From NCBI GenBank assembly GCA_964392365.1, contig CAYMPH010000010.1, positions 2,146 through 66,145 of the forward strand: 64,000 nucleotides of DNA, written 5' to 3'. Under the pieces are notes generated by a model. The model was not told where the DNA came from. It was given only the letters and a program-made list of their open reading frames with translations, and did not search any database. The stretch's first letter is position 1. Each line of letters begins with the position of its first letter. Both the position numbers and the translations under genes were made by a program. This DNA is from an uncultured Leptospirales bacterium. Its GTDB lineage: Bacteria > Spirochaetota > UBA4802 > UBA5550. Below, one piece after another: positions 20,683 to 31,798 of the stretch.

Positions 20683-22629
20683 ATGAATAATAAAAACATC
20701 AATAATTTATATATATTTTTAATTTTTATACTTCTATTCATTTTTCCTGTATTTTTATATAGAATTGAAGTATATAATTTAATGTATGTTATTTACCCTG
20801 AGTTTGATAATCTGAAGTTTTATGATTATTTGATAATCTGCAGAGATAATGATCTGCAATTTATATACAAACCTCTAATTATAATATTTCTGATTTCATT
20901 TATACCGTTTATAATTAATAAAAATAAAATTATAATTCTTGGGGTCTTGCTTTGTTTTTATGCATCGATATTTTTAATTTTTGCTGAATTTTTCAGTATT
21001 TATCAGACATCATTTCAGATTAATTTTATTGGAAAAGAACATTTCACCGGAATTGCAGCAATGCTTTCTTCAGCTTTTGCTGAGATATCTGCAATTTTTT
21101 ATCTTAAAACAGTTTTTGTTTCCTCATTAATTTTTGCAATCTGCTTTTTTTTATATAAAAAAGAAGATTTTATAATCAATAAAAGATTTATATATATTAC
21201 AGGAATATTCATTCTATTAAGTCTTTCATATATATTCCCTTCAGCTGAAATTTCAAAAATTAATTTTTTGAATGAAAAAGATAATCTGTCAAAACAGAAA
21301 ATTATTTCTCAGCTTTTTGAATTCAGTATTAATCCATGGAATGAATTCTTTTCATTTAGTAAACAACCAGTTAAAGAAAATATCAGCTCTTCTGAAAAGT
21401 TTAACTTTAAATTAAATACAGATTCCCTTGAATCAGACAAACGGATCCATTTATCAGGAATTATTCCTAAAAATAAAAAATACAATATTATACTATATTT
21501 TTTTGAATCTACTGCATATTCTTATTTAAATATAAAAATCGGTGATAAAGAAGTTACCGGTGAAATGAATAAACTTTCCAGAAATAGTTTTTTTGCAAAA
21601 AATCATTATGCAAATTTTCCTTTATCTGCAAATGCACTTCTTTCTGTTTTAACTTCATCGTATGATTCAAATTCAAAAGATCCTGTAATTTCGGTTTATC
21701 CTGATATTAAGCTCAAATCAATAACTGAAATTCTGAAGGAAAACGGATACAATACGGCACTGATTCATACCGGCGGTCTCGGCTACGCGGGACAGAACAG
21801 ATTTTTAAAAAATAGAAAATTTGATAAAATAATTGAATTTAAAGAATTAGAAAAAATACCTCCTTTTAATAATCAGGTGGGATGGGGTTTAGATGAAAGG
21901 GCATTGATAGAGCCAGCAGTAAATTTTATTAAAGAAAGCGGCAGTAAGCCGTATTTTATTACGCTATTGCCGGTTAATCCGCATCATCCATATGCTATTC
22001 CTGATCAGAAATTCAACATAACAAAAAATATGAAAACATCGAGCTGGTCTAATTATTTAAGCTCACTATATTATTCTGATTATGCTCTCGGAGAATTGAT
22101 AAAGCGACTTGAATCTGAAAAAATGCTCGATAATACGCTTGTGTTTATTTTTGCAGATCATGGAGAAGCTTTTTATCAACATAAAGGAAATTATAACCAC
22201 CCTTTTTATCTTTATGAAGAAAATGTACATGTTCCTTTTATGATCTATAATAAAAAACTTTTTCCTGATAAAATAGAATACGAAGGAATAACACGCCATA
22301 TAGATATAACTCCAACTATTCTTAATTTATTGAAAATAAATCTTCAGCCTGAATATGAAGGCATACCGATTTTCAGTTCAAAACGTGATCAGCTAGCACT
22401 GATTCATACATACTGGAAAGACGATATTATGGCAATTCGCGACGGGAAATGGAAATATATATTTAATTTCAGCACAGGTTTTGAAGAATTGTTTGATATT
22501 TCATCTGACCTTTCTGAGAAAAATAATATTGCTGCTGATAATAAAATTATTGCCAAAAGATATGCCAACTTTATTAATTCCGCAAGGATTTATAAAAAGG
22601 AATTTTATAACCGGGTTTTATCAAAATAG
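20683..22629 (+). CDS. LtaS-like membrane sulfatase / phosphoglycerol-transferase family protein
   Basis: N-terminal multi-TM region followed by an alkaline-phosphatase-superfamily domain (HTGG..., DHGEAF). Confidence 0.6.
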   Translation: MNNKNINNLYIFLIFILLFIFPVFLYRIEVYNLMYVIYPEFDNLKFYDYLIICRDNDLQFIYKPLIIIFLISFIPFIINKNKIIILGVLLCFYASIFLIFAEFFSIYQTSFQINFIGKEHFTGIAAMLSSAFAEISAIFYLKTVFVSSLIFAICFFLYKKEDFIINKRFIYITGIFILLSLSYIFPSAEISKINFLNEKDNLSKQKIISQLFEFSINPWNEFFSFSKQPVKENISSSEKFNFKLNTDSLESDKRIHLSGIIPKNKKYNIILYFFESTAYSYLNIKIGDKEVTGEMNKLSRNSFFAKNHYANFPLSANALLSVLTSSYDSNSKDPVISVYPDIKLKSITEILKENGYNTALIHTGGLGYAGQNRFLKNRKFDKIIEFKELEKIPPFNNQVGWGLDERALIEPAVNFIKESGSKPYFITLLPVNPHHPYAIPDQKFNITKNMKTSSWSNYLSSLYYSDYALGELIKRLESEKMLDNTLVFIFADHGEAFYQHKGNYNHPFYLYEENVHVPFMIYNKKLFPDKIEYEGITRHIDITPTILNLLKINLQPEYEGIPIFSSKRDQLALIHTYWKDDIMAIRDGKWKYIFNFSTGFEELFDISSDLSEKNNIAADNKIIAKRYANFINSARIYKKEFYNRVLSK

Positions 22630-22672
22630 AGAAAGCGGGACAAATGTGGATATAATACATTTTTTGCAGCAT

Positions 22673-23446
22673 ATGGATTTAAATAATTTAAAAACTTTTA
22701 ATATGATTTTATATGCTTTTATTGCTATTGGTCTTGTTATCTTTATTGTTTTATTTTATTTAACTGCTCCTTACGGCGGAAGACATACTTCAACAGCCTG
22801 GGGACCGCAAATCAGCAGCAGAACCGGCTGGTTGTTCATGGAAATCCCGGCTTCGCTTCTGTTCGCTATTTATTTTATAATGAGTACAGAAAAAACAAAT
22901 CCTGTTCTTATAGTTTTTTTTATTATCTGGCAGAGCCATTATTTTCACAGAGCATTTATTTTTCCTTTTTATATAAAAAGTAAAGCCAAGATGCCGTTAA
23001 CAGTTGCCATGATGGGGCTGACATTTAATTCTGTTAATACTTATATTCAGGGTGCATGGCTTTTTATTTTCGCTCCTATTTATACATACACAAATGCCTG
23101 GTTCACATCTCCACAATTTATCATTGGTGTAATAATTTTTTTTAGCGGTTATATAATTAATAAAAACGCCGATTCGATTTTAAAAGCTCTCAGAGAAAAG
23201 TCACAAAATGGATATGAAATTCCATATGGAGGTCTTTATAAATTTATATCCTGCCCAAATTATTTCGGTGAAATAATTGAATGGATCGGCTGGGCAATTT
23301 TAACATGGTCTTTTGCAGGAGCTGCTTTCGCTTTCTGGACAATAGCAAATCTTGCTCCAAGAGCTTTAGCTAATCACAGATGGTATATAAGTCATTTTGA
23401 AAATTACCCAAAGGACAGGAAAGCTCTTATCCCATATTTATTTTAA
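22673..23446 (+). CDS. 3-oxo-5-alpha-steroid 4-dehydrogenase / DUF1295 family membrane protein
   Basis: C-terminal GGLYKFISCPNYFGEIIEWIGWA motif. The start is moved to the Met at 22673 to remove the overlap with the upstream gene. Confidence 0.55.
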   Translation: MDLNNLKTFNMILYAFIAIGLVIFIVLFYLTAPYGGRHTSTAWGPQISSRTGWLFMEIPASLLFAIYFIMSTEKTNPVLIVFFIIWQSHYFHRAFIFPFYIKSKAKMPLTVAMMGLTFNSVNTYIQGAWLFIFAPIYTYTNAWFTSPQFIIGVIIFFSGYIINKNADSILKALREKSQNGYEIPYGGLYKFISCPNYFGEIIEWIGWAILTWSFAGAAFAFWTIANLAPRALANHRWYISHFENYPKDRKALIPYLF

Positions 23447-23483
23447 TTTTTTGAAATTTTTTTAATGAATCGGAGTAATTCCA

Positions 23484-24530
23484 ATGAAAAATATTTCTAT
23501 AATCGGCGCAACAGGTTTTGGAGGACTTGGCTTAATTGATTTAATATTAAAGCATCCAGGTCTGAAAATCAAACAGCTTGTTGCGAGAAAAGATTCAGGA
23601 AATCCTGTGAGTTCAGTTTTTCCTCATCTGAAAGGATTCTGCGATATTGAAGTTGAAGATCCGGCAAATATTTCATTTGAAAAAATTGACCTTGCTTTTT
23701 TTTCCACTCCTGACAGAGCAGGAATGACTCTTATTAAGGAATTTCACAGCAGAAATATCCCTGTAATTGATTTTAGCGGTGATTTCCGTTTTAATTCAGT
23801 AGAAGATTATAAAGTATATGCAGAGAATAAAGGAATGGAAAGCACTCACCTTTCGCCCGAGTTACTGAGTCAGGCTGTATATGGTCTGCCTGAGAAATTC
23901 AGTTCAAAATTAAAAACTGCAAAAATTGTAGGCAATCCCGGTTGTTTTTCAATTTGTATGATATTAGGACTTTTACCAGCTGCAGAAAATAACTTCCTGG
24001 ATTCAGATACAATTATCTGTGACGGGAAAACCGGAGTTTCCGGAGCAGGAAAAAATTCCGGCGAACCTAATCTTTATCCGCAGAGATATGAAAATATAAA
24101 TACATACCGCGAAGGAAAACATCAGCATCTTGTTGAAGTTGAAAATTTAATAAATTTCAACTCAAACAGAAAAAGAAAAATATTTTTTGTTCCTCAGATA
24201 GTTCCAATGAACAGGGGAATCATGACCACTATGTATTCAGATGCACCTGAAGGCTGCACAACTGAAAAACTATTGAATCTTTATAAGGATTATTACTCAA
24301 AAAGCCCATTTGTAGTAATTTCTGATAAATCTCCTAATACTGCATACGTACGCGGTTCAAACAGATGCCTGATTAGACCTTTTGTAGATAATAGAACCGG
24401 TAAAATATGCATAACATCAGTAATAGACAATCTGATGAAGGGGCAATCCGGGAATGCAATACAAACTGCAAATCTTATGCTTGGTTTTGAAGAAAAAGCC
24501 GGTCTTGATTTCCCGGGATTTTATCCATAA
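23484..24530 (+). CDS. argC: N-acetyl-gamma-glutamyl-phosphate reductase
   Basis: IIGATGFGG NAD site and GNPGCFS active-site Cys motif. Confidence 0.8.
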   Translation: MKNISIIGATGFGGLGLIDLILKHPGLKIKQLVARKDSGNPVSSVFPHLKGFCDIEVEDPANISFEKIDLAFFSTPDRAGMTLIKEFHSRNIPVIDFSGDFRFNSVEDYKVYAENKGMESTHLSPELLSQAVYGLPEKFSSKLKTAKIVGNPGCFSICMILGLLPAAENNFLDSDTIICDGKTGVSGAGKNSGEPNLYPQRYENINTYREGKHQHLVEVENLINFNSNRKRKIFFVPQIVPMNRGIMTTMYSDAPEGCTTEKLLNLYKDYYSKSPFVVISDKSPNTAYVRGSNRCLIRPFVDNRTGKICITSVIDNLMKGQSGNAIQTANLMLGFEEKAGLDFPGFYP

Positions 24531-24554
24531 AATAAATAACAAGAAGAAGAAAGT

Positions 24555-26300
24555 ATGTCCACTAAAATTACAAAAGGTGTTATTGCATCTCACGGAATAA
24601 AAATCGGGAGAGCTCTTGTTTATCAGGGTGAAAAGATTTTTATTCCGAAATATTATATAAAAGATGAAGAAGTCAGTCTCGAATTAAAAAGATTTAAAGA
24701 AGCAATAGATAAAACCAAGCTTGAAATAACTGCCATTCAGCATCAGATTGAGGAAAATATTTCAAAAGATATGGCTGATATCTTCGCAAGTCATATCATG
24801 ATGCTTGAAGATCCGACTATTATCGAAAAAGCCAAAAAATCTGTTACTGATAATAAACAGAATATCGAATGGGTAATGAGCGATATTGCTATTGAAATGA
24901 TTGACAACCTTAACAAGGTTGATGACGATTATATTAAAGAAAGAATTATAGATATTTCAGATATTAATAAGAGACTGTTAGCCAATCTTCTGAAAAAATC
25001 ATCTTCCAAAATTTCAACATTAACTGAAGAGGGAATTGTTTTTGCTTCAGACCTGACTCCTTCTGAAACTGCATTGATGAACAAGAATCTGATTCTTGCC
25101 TTCGTAACAGACAAAGGCGGGAAAACATCACATACCGCAATTATGGCAAGAGCTCTGGGGATACCCGCGATTGTAGGAACTATAAACGGCACAACACTTG
25201 TTAAAACAGGGGACAAAGTAATTGTAGATGCAATACACGGATGCATAATTATCAATCCCGAAGAAGAAGAAATTGAAGAATATTTACAATACCAGAATGA
25301 TTTTAATGTTTTAAATTTTGAACTTGCAAAATTAAACAATCTTCCGTCGCGTACGAAAGATGATGTTGAAATTTCAATATACGGCAATATAGAAATTCCA
25401 GATGAAATGAAAGCCATTATGGATCATGGTGCACAGGGAATCGGTCTATTCAGATCTGAGTTCCTGTTCCTTGATAAAACCCTGCCAAGTGAAGAAGATC
25501 AATTCAATGCATATAAAAATGTTGCAGAATTTTTCAATCCGCTGCCTGTTACAATAAGAACACTTGATGTTGGCGGGGATAAAATTTTCTCCTACAGCAA
25601 TCATTTCAAAGAAAAAAATCCATTTCTCGGATGCAGAGCAATCAGATTCAGCCTGGAAAATGAGCAGATGTTCAGGATTCAGCTTAGAGCTATTCTCAGA
25701 GCCAGCGTTTACGGGAATGTCCAGCTTATGTTTCCAATGGTTACAAATGTTGAAGAATTAATAAAAGCCAAGCAGATAACTGAAGAAATAAAAAATGAAT
25801 TAAAATCAAGCAGAATTGAATTTAATGAAAAAATAAAAATTGGAGTTATGATTGAGATACCTTCAGCTGTAATTTCAGCTGATATATTGGCAAAACATTC
25901 AGATTTCTTTTCCGTTGGAACAAATGATCTGGTGCAGTATGTTCTGGCAGTTGACAGAATAAATGAAAAAATTGCATATCTATATAATCCTTTAAATATA
26001 TCCGTATTGAGATTATTGAAAATTCTCATGGATATATCTTCAAAAAATTCAATACCTGTTTCAATTTGCGGTGAAATTGCAGGTGGAATAAAATATACCA
26101 TGCTTTTAATAGGATTGGGATTCAGGGAATTATCCATGAATCAGTCTTCTCTTCAGCAGGTAAAAAAAATTATACGGGATGTAACAGTTCAGGAATGTGT
26201 TGATTTAGCTCAGGAAGTTCTTAAAATGGAATTAATTGAAAATATTGAAAAGTATATAAATGATATAATGCTTAAAAAATTTCCAGGTATGATACTGTAA
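24555..26300 (+). CDS. ptsI: phosphoenolpyruvate--protein phosphotransferase (PTS enzyme I)
   Basis: GGKTSHTAIMARALGIPA phospho-His site and a C-terminal PEP-utilising domain. Confidence 0.85.
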   Translation: MSTKITKGVIASHGIKIGRALVYQGEKIFIPKYYIKDEEVSLELKRFKEAIDKTKLEITAIQHQIEENISKDMADIFASHIMMLEDPTIIEKAKKSVTDNKQNIEWVMSDIAIEMIDNLNKVDDDYIKERIIDISDINKRLLANLLKKSSSKISTLTEEGIVFASDLTPSETALMNKNLILAFVTDKGGKTSHTAIMARALGIPAIVGTINGTTLVKTGDKVIVDAIHGCIIINPEEEEIEEYLQYQNDFNVLNFELAKLNNLPSRTKDDVEISIYGNIEIPDEMKAIMDHGAQGIGLFRSEFLFLDKTLPSEEDQFNAYKNVAEFFNPLPVTIRTLDVGGDKIFSYSNHFKEKNPFLGCRAIRFSLENEQMFRIQLRAILRASVYGNVQLMFPMVTNVEELIKAKQITEEIKNELKSSRIEFNEKIKIGVMIEIPSAVISADILAKHSDFFSVGTNDLVQYVLAVDRINEKIAYLYNPLNISVLRLLKILMDISSKNSIPVSICGEIAGGIKYTMLLIGLGFRELSMNQSSLQQVKKIIRDVTVQECVDLAQEVLKMELIENIEKYINDIMLKKFPGMIL

Positions 26301-26312
26301 GCTGAAGTTTTA

Positions 26313-27062
26313 ATGAAACTATATAAAGATCTCGCCGAGTACTATTTTACAATAGAAAGCAAACATCGTGATATAACTGATGATATTGCGTTCATTAGAA
26401 CCTTTATACATGGCTTGAATTCCCCTAAACTTTTAGATCTCGGATGCGGAACCGGAGAACATATAGGTGCTCTTACAAAATACGGATTAAAATGCACCGG
26501 CATAGACGCAAGTGATCAAATGATAAAATTTGCAAAAAAAAGATTTCCTCAGAATGTTAATTTTATAAAATCTTCAATTACTTCATTTGATTTTTATAAT
26601 GAGTTCGATTTTGCAATTTCTCTATTCGGATCTTTCAATTATCTTACTGAAGATTCAGAAATTGATAAAGCTTTATGGAATACATACAGAGCAATGAAGC
26701 CGGATGGAATTGCAATTTTTGAAATATGGAATTCACAGCCTTTTGAAAAAATTGGACATAAAGAAATTACTCATGTATCAACATCTGAATACAATAGTAC
26801 AATAATTGAAAGAGAGCGCGGTTTTAAGATTATTGAAACAGGATCAAGAAAGATCGTTGAAGTGGATTTCAACTATCTGGTTAAAACCGGTTCAGAAATT
26901 AAAAAAATTGAAGATAAACATAAAATGAGAACATTTACTGCTGAAGAAATTACAACTTTTCTCAAAGACAATGGTTTTATAATAAAACAGTTCTATGGGA
27001 ATTTTCTTAAAGAATCTTACAGGGAAAATTCATCCAGGATTATTGTAATATTTACAAAATGA
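26313..27062 (+). CDS. class I SAM-dependent methyltransferase
   Basis: LLDLGCGTGEH motif I. Confidence 0.6.
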   Translation: MKLYKDLAEYYFTIESKHRDITDDIAFIRTFIHGLNSPKLLDLGCGTGEHIGALTKYGLKCTGIDASDQMIKFAKKRFPQNVNFIKSSITSFDFYNEFDFAISLFGSFNYLTEDSEIDKALWNTYRAMKPDGIAIFEIWNSQPFEKIGHKEITHVSTSEYNSTIIERERGFKIIETGSRKIVEVDFNYLVKTGSEIKKIEDKHKMRTFTAEEITTFLKDNGFIIKQFYGNFLKESYRENSSRIIVIFTK

Positions 27063-27071
27063 TATAAAAAT

Positions 27072-27106
27072 AAAGAAACCCGCATTCAAGCGGGTTTCTT
27101 TATTTT
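27072..27106. terminator. bidirectional rho-independent terminator between convergent genes
   Basis: aaagaaacccgc-attcaa-gcgggtttcttt hairpin followed by a T-run. Confidence 0.7.
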
Positions 27107-27124
27107 TATATCAACAATTTTATT

Positions 27125-29572
27125 CTACATTTTTACTCTGCTGTCGCTGTTAACTGATTTCCCAATATCAACTGCCCAGTCGCCAAATGTCTGCTTCCAT
27201 CTTTCATAAAGATCTTTTGTTTTTGAAGAATCTTTAAAAAATTTATCAGGACTTTCAAGGGCAAGGAAAAGAACTTCTTCCATTGTACTTACAGCATGAA
27301 ATATCATCTGGTTTTTCACATATTCAGGAATTTTTTCAAGGTCCTTCTCATTTTCTTTCGGTATAATCACGTGTTTTATATCAGCTCTATGAGCAGCAAG
27401 AATTTTTTCTTTTAACCCGCCGATAGGAAGAACCTTTCCTCTTAATGTAATTTCACCGGTCATTGCAACATCAGCTCTTACCGGAATTCCTGTATAGAGT
27501 GAAGCCATTACAACTCCCATGGTTATACCGGCAGATGGGCCATCTTTAGGAATAGCACCTTCAGGAACGTGCAGGTGAAGATCAAAGCGTTTGATTACTT
27601 CTTCATCTATGTTGAAAAACTGCTGATTGGCTTTTACAAAAGTGAATGCAGCCTGAGCAGATTCCTGCATAACCTCACCCAATTTTCCTGTTAATCTAAG
27701 ATCGCCTTTGCCTTTTATTAGAGAAGCTTCAATATGAAGAATATCCCCTCCAACTTCAGTCCACGCAAGACCATTGGCAAGAGCAACTTCATTTTTCAGT
27801 TCTTTAATTCCATATTTAAATTTTATCGGGCCTAAATATTTTTTTAAAGCTTCTTCATCGATTATTTTTTTATAAGTTAAACCATTTATTACAACTTCAC
27901 GGGCCACTTTTCTGCAAACCTTTGCAATTACTCTTTCAAGGCTTCTCACGCCAGCCTCTCTTGTGTAATGTCTGATTGTGAATAGCATTGCTTCTTCAGA
28001 GTATTCAATATTATCAAGAGAAATTCCATTTTCATCAATCTGCTTACTAAGCAGGAATTTCAGGGCAATATTCATTTTTTCCGGTTCAGTATAGCTTGAA
28101 ATTTCAATAATTTCCATTCTATCTAGAAGAGGAATTGGAATATTATGCTGAACATTTGCGGTTGTTACAAACATAACGTCGGATAAATTATATGGAATTT
28201 CCATATAATGATCTATAAAAGAATTATTCTGCTCAGGATCAAGAACCTCCAGTAAAGCAGAAGAAGGATCGCCTCTGAAATCCATTGACATCTTATCAAT
28301 CTCATCAAGAAGGATTAGCGGATTTATATTTCCGGCTTTTTTCATCATCTGAATAATCCGGCCCGGTAACGCGCCTACATAAGTTCTTCTGTGGCCTCTA
28401 ATTTCAGCTTCATCTCTAACTCCGCCTAGAGACATACGTACATATTTTCTGCCAAGAGCTCTTGCAACAGATTTGCCAAGAGAAGTTTTTCCAACTCCGG
28501 GAGGGCCTACGAAACATAAAATCGGGCCTTTAAGTTTTTTTGAAAGCTGACGAACGGCTATATATTCAATAATTCTTTCTTTGACATCATCAAGACCGTA
28601 ATGGTCTTCATTGAGTATTTCAAGAGCGCGTTCAATATCCTTGCTGTCTTTGGTTTTTTTATGCCATGGAATGTCCCGAAGCCATTCAATATATGTTCGT
28701 ACAACAGTTGATTCAGCTGACATAGGAGGCATCTTCTCAAGTCTTTTAAGCTCCTGCATTGCCTTGGCGGATGCTTCAGGGCTTAATTTAGCGGTTTCGA
28801 TGGATTTCTTAAACTCATCCATTTCATCAATTTCACCATCGCCCTGACCGAGTTCTTTCTTTATTATTTTCATCTGTTCATTGAGATAGTATTCTTTCTG
28901 GGTCTTTTCCATCTGTTTGCGGACCTGACCCTGAATCTTTTTCTCAATATACATTACTTCTATTTCACCATTGATAAGTTCAATAAGCTTAACAATTCTT
29001 TCTGCCGGATTACCAAGGTCCAGTATGGATTGTTTGTAAGCAATTTTCATTTCAATATGAGATGATATTACATCTGCTAACTGGGATATATTTTCAATGC
29101 TTATTGCAGTTGTAAGGGCTTCTTTAGGTACTTTTTTATTAAGTTTAATATACTTCTCAAATACATCGAGCAGATTTTTTTTCAGATTAAGTATATCTGA
29201 AGTGATTTCAAGTTCACGGTTTATATCTTTGATAGAAACTTCGTAGATATCACTGTCATTATATAGATCTGAAATATAACCTCTTGAAATGCCTTCAACA
29301 AGAACTTTTATTGTTCCATCCGGAAGTTTCAGAAGCTGTAAAATTTCTGAAACAGTTCCTACATTGTAAATATCTTTTATTTCCGGGGTTGTAATCTGTG
29401 CGTCTGTTTGAGTTGCGAGCACAATGAATCTGTCTGTTTTCATTGCCTTGTCTAAAGCTTTTACTGATTTTTCCCGGCCTACAAACAGAGGCACTACCAT
29501 ATGAGGAAAAACCACTACATCTCTTAAAGGAAGTAGCGGATATTTTTTATCAAAATTAATATTTTTTTTCAT
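27125..29572 (-). CDS. lon: ATP-dependent Lon protease
   Basis: GPPGVGKTS Walker A and a C-terminal PKDGPSAG serine site. 815 aa. Confidence 0.95.
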   Translation of the reverse strand: MKKNINFDKKYPLLPLRDVVVFPHMVVPLFVGREKSVKALDKAMKTDRFIVLATQTDAQITTPEIKDIYNVGTVSEILQLLKLPDGTIKVLVEGISRGYISDLYNDSDIYEVSIKDINRELEITSDILNLKKNLLDVFEKYIKLNKKVPKEALTTAISIENISQLADVISSHIEMKIAYKQSILDLGNPAERIVKLIELINGEIEVMYIEKKIQGQVRKQMEKTQKEYYLNEQMKIIKKELGQGDGEIDEMDEFKKSIETAKLSPEASAKAMQELKRLEKMPPMSAESTVVRTYIEWLRDIPWHKKTKDSKDIERALEILNEDHYGLDDVKERIIEYIAVRQLSKKLKGPILCFVGPPGVGKTSLGKSVARALGRKYVRMSLGGVRDEAEIRGHRRTYVGALPGRIIQMMKKAGNINPLILLDEIDKMSMDFRGDPSSALLEVLDPEQNNSFIDHYMEIPYNLSDVMFVTTANVQHNIPIPLLDRMEIIEISSYTEPEKMNIALKFLLSKQIDENGISLDNIEYSEEAMLFTIRHYTREAGVRSLERVIAKVCRKVAREVVINGLTYKKIIDEEALKKYLGPIKFKYGIKELKNEVALANGLAWTEVGGDILHIEASLIKGKGDLRLTGKLGEVMQESAQAAFTFVKANQQFFNIDEEVIKRFDLHLHVPEGAIPKDGPSAGITMGVVMASLYTGIPVRADVAMTGEITLRGKVLPIGGLKEKILAAHRADIKHVIIPKENEKDLEKIPEYVKNQMIFHAVSTMEEVLFLALESPDKFFKDSSKTKDLYERWKQTFGDWAVDIGKSVNSDSRVKM

Positions 29573-29583
29573 ATTACACCGGT

Positions 29584-30849
29584 TTATGCTGATTTTTCAG
29601 CTTCTCTATAAATTATTTGCGGTTCACCATTACCCTGAACCATGGCTTTTGTAATTATAACTTTCTCAACATTTGCAATAGAAGGCAGATCAAACATAAG
29701 ATCCAGCATGATTTTTTCAAGAACTGCACGCAGGCCTCTTGCACCTGATTTTCTCTGAATTGCAATCTCTGCAATTTCTTCAACAGCATCAGGCATGAAT
29801 TCTAGATCAACATCTTCAAAAGAAAACATTTTTGCATATTGCTTAACAATAGCATTTTTAGGTTCTGTTAGAATCTTGATTAAAACAGATTTATCAAGAT
29901 CATCAAGAACAGCTATAATTGGAATCCTTCCTACGAATTCAGGAATCAATCCGTATTTTATCATATCTTCAGGATGAAGATTATTCATTAGATCTATATA
30001 TTTTTTTTCAACATTTGACTGAATGTCTGCGCCAAAACCTAGAGATTTATTACCTGTTCTTCTCTGAACAACTTTATCCAGACCGATAAAAGCGCCGCCG
30101 CAGATAAATAAAATATTTTTTGTATCAATAGTAATAAACTCCTGGTGAGGATGCTTTCTTCCTCCCTGAGGCGGAACATTGGATATTGTCCCCTCAATAA
30201 TTTTCAATAGAGCCTGCTGAACTCCTTCACCTGAAACATCTCTTGTGATAGATGGATTTTCTGACTTTCTGGAAATTTTATCTATCTCATCGATATAAAT
30301 TATTCCAATCTCTGCTTTTTTAACATCACCTTCTGCATTCTGAATGAGTCTTAATAGAATATTTTCAACATCTTCCCCAACATATCCTGCTTCAGTAAGT
30401 GTTGTAGCATCAACAATTGCAAATGGAACATGAAGAATTCTTGCGAGTGTCTGAGCAAGTAGAGTTTTTCCTGTTCCGGTAGGACCTGCGAGCATAATGT
30501 TGCTCTTATCAAGCTCAACATCATTTTTCTTTAAATTTTTATTGCTGAATATACGTTTATAATGATTGTATACTGCAACAGAAAGAACTTTCTTTGCTTC
30601 GTCCTGACCAATAACATATTCATCAAGAATAGATTTTATTTCAACAGGTTTAGGGAGATTTGTGATTTCTCCGTTTGTATTTTTGTCATTATCCTCGGCA
30701 ATTATTTCATTACAGAGATCTATACATTCATCGCATATATATACTTCCGGACCGGCAACAAGCTTTTTGACTACTTCCTGGCTTTTGCCGCAGAATGTGC
30801 AGAATAATTTTTCTTTTGTAACCTGATCATCTTTTTTTTTCGATGCCAT
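29584..30849 (-). CDS. clpX: ATP-dependent Clp protease ATP-binding subunit ClpX
   Basis: N-terminal C4 zinc finger (CTFCGK...CDEC) and GPTGTGKT Walker A. Confidence 0.95.
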   Translation of the reverse strand: MASKKKDDQVTKEKLFCTFCGKSQEVVKKLVAGPEVYICDECIDLCNEIIAEDNDKNTNGEITNLPKPVEIKSILDEYVIGQDEAKKVLSVAVYNHYKRIFSNKNLKKNDVELDKSNIMLAGPTGTGKTLLAQTLARILHVPFAIVDATTLTEAGYVGEDVENILLRLIQNAEGDVKKAEIGIIYIDEIDKISRKSENPSITRDVSGEGVQQALLKIIEGTISNVPPQGGRKHPHQEFITIDTKNILFICGGAFIGLDKVVQRRTGNKSLGFGADIQSNVEKKYIDLMNNLHPEDMIKYGLIPEFVGRIPIIAVLDDLDKSVLIKILTEPKNAIVKQYAKMFSFEDVDLEFMPDAVEEIAEIAIQRKSGARGLRAVLEKIMLDLMFDLPSIANVEKVIITKAMVQGNGEPQIIYREAEKSA

Positions 30850-30923
30850 ATTATCTCCTGAATTAAATCCGAAAGTTGATAAACAATTGGATTATCAACA
30901 AAAATGTTTTTTTCGAGATTCTT

Positions 30924-31505
30924 TTATCTTGTTTCAATTACCTTGTCTATTAAACCGTATTCAAGGGCTTCTTTTGCAGACATGAAATAATCCCGATCAA
31001 GATCAGCATCAATTTTTTCCACATTCTGCCCTGTGTGTTTTCCGTATATTTCATTAAGTTTCTTTTTTACTTTAAGAATTTCATTTGCGTGAATCATTAT
31101 ATCTGAAGCCTGCCCCTGAAATCCTGCTGATGGCTGATGAATCATTATTCTTGAATTCGGAAGTGCAGATCTTTTACCCTTTGCTCCTGCAGATAAAAGA
31201 AGGGAACCCATTGATGCAGCCTGCCCCAGACATATTGTTGCGACGTCTGGTTTTATATATTGAATTGTATCGTAAATTGCAAGACCGGATGTAACTACAC
31301 CGCCGGGAGAATTAATATAAATATAAATATCTTTATCAGGATCTTCAGCTTCAAGAAAGAGCAATTGGGCTATAATAAGGCTTGCCATATGGTCATCTAT
31401 TGCTTCACCGAGAAAGATAATTCTGTCTTTTAAAAGCCTTGAGTATATGTCATAAGATCTTTCGCCTCTGCTTGTCTGCTCTACTACTATTGGTATCAAA
31501 CTCAT
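30924..31505 (-). CDS. clpP: ATP-dependent Clp protease proteolytic subunit
   Basis: GQAASMGS active-site serine and MIHQP histidine region. Confidence 0.95.
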   Translation of the reverse strand: MSLIPIVVEQTSRGERSYDIYSRLLKDRIIFLGEAIDDHMASLIIAQLLFLEAEDPDKDIYIYINSPGGVVTSGLAIYDTIQYIKPDVATICLGQAASMGSLLLSAGAKGKRSALPNSRIMIHQPSAGFQGQASDIMIHANEILKVKKKLNEIYGKHTGQNVEKIDADLDRDYFMSAKEALEYGLIDKVIETR

Positions 31506-31798
31506 TTATGCGCTCCTAGTGATTATTGGGGCGGGTTTTTTTCGCGTATATAATTAAAATCGGAATTAATCTTCGCAAACACCACCACTTTTTAATTTAT
31601 TAATTACAAAGTCTGAAGAATCAAATTAAAATACAAAATTTAAAATTTGTATTGTTGTAAATATCAGCTTTGAAATAACAATATTTAATATAACTATTTA
31701 TGGGACATATTTCAATATTAATTTTAAGTTGTTATGTTTTTTATGGCAAAAATAAATTATTATTTTTTAGAAAAACTGATTTTTCTTATATAAAATAG

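Noticed and set aside
22481-22672. 5' extension of the steroid-reductase-family ORF overlapping the LtaS-like gene by ~150 nt
   Set aside because: The internal Met at 22673 follows the upstream stop, and the hydrophobic domain begins there.
24929-26137. two minus-strand ORFs inside ptsI
   Set aside because: They are antisense to the well-supported PTS enzyme I gene.
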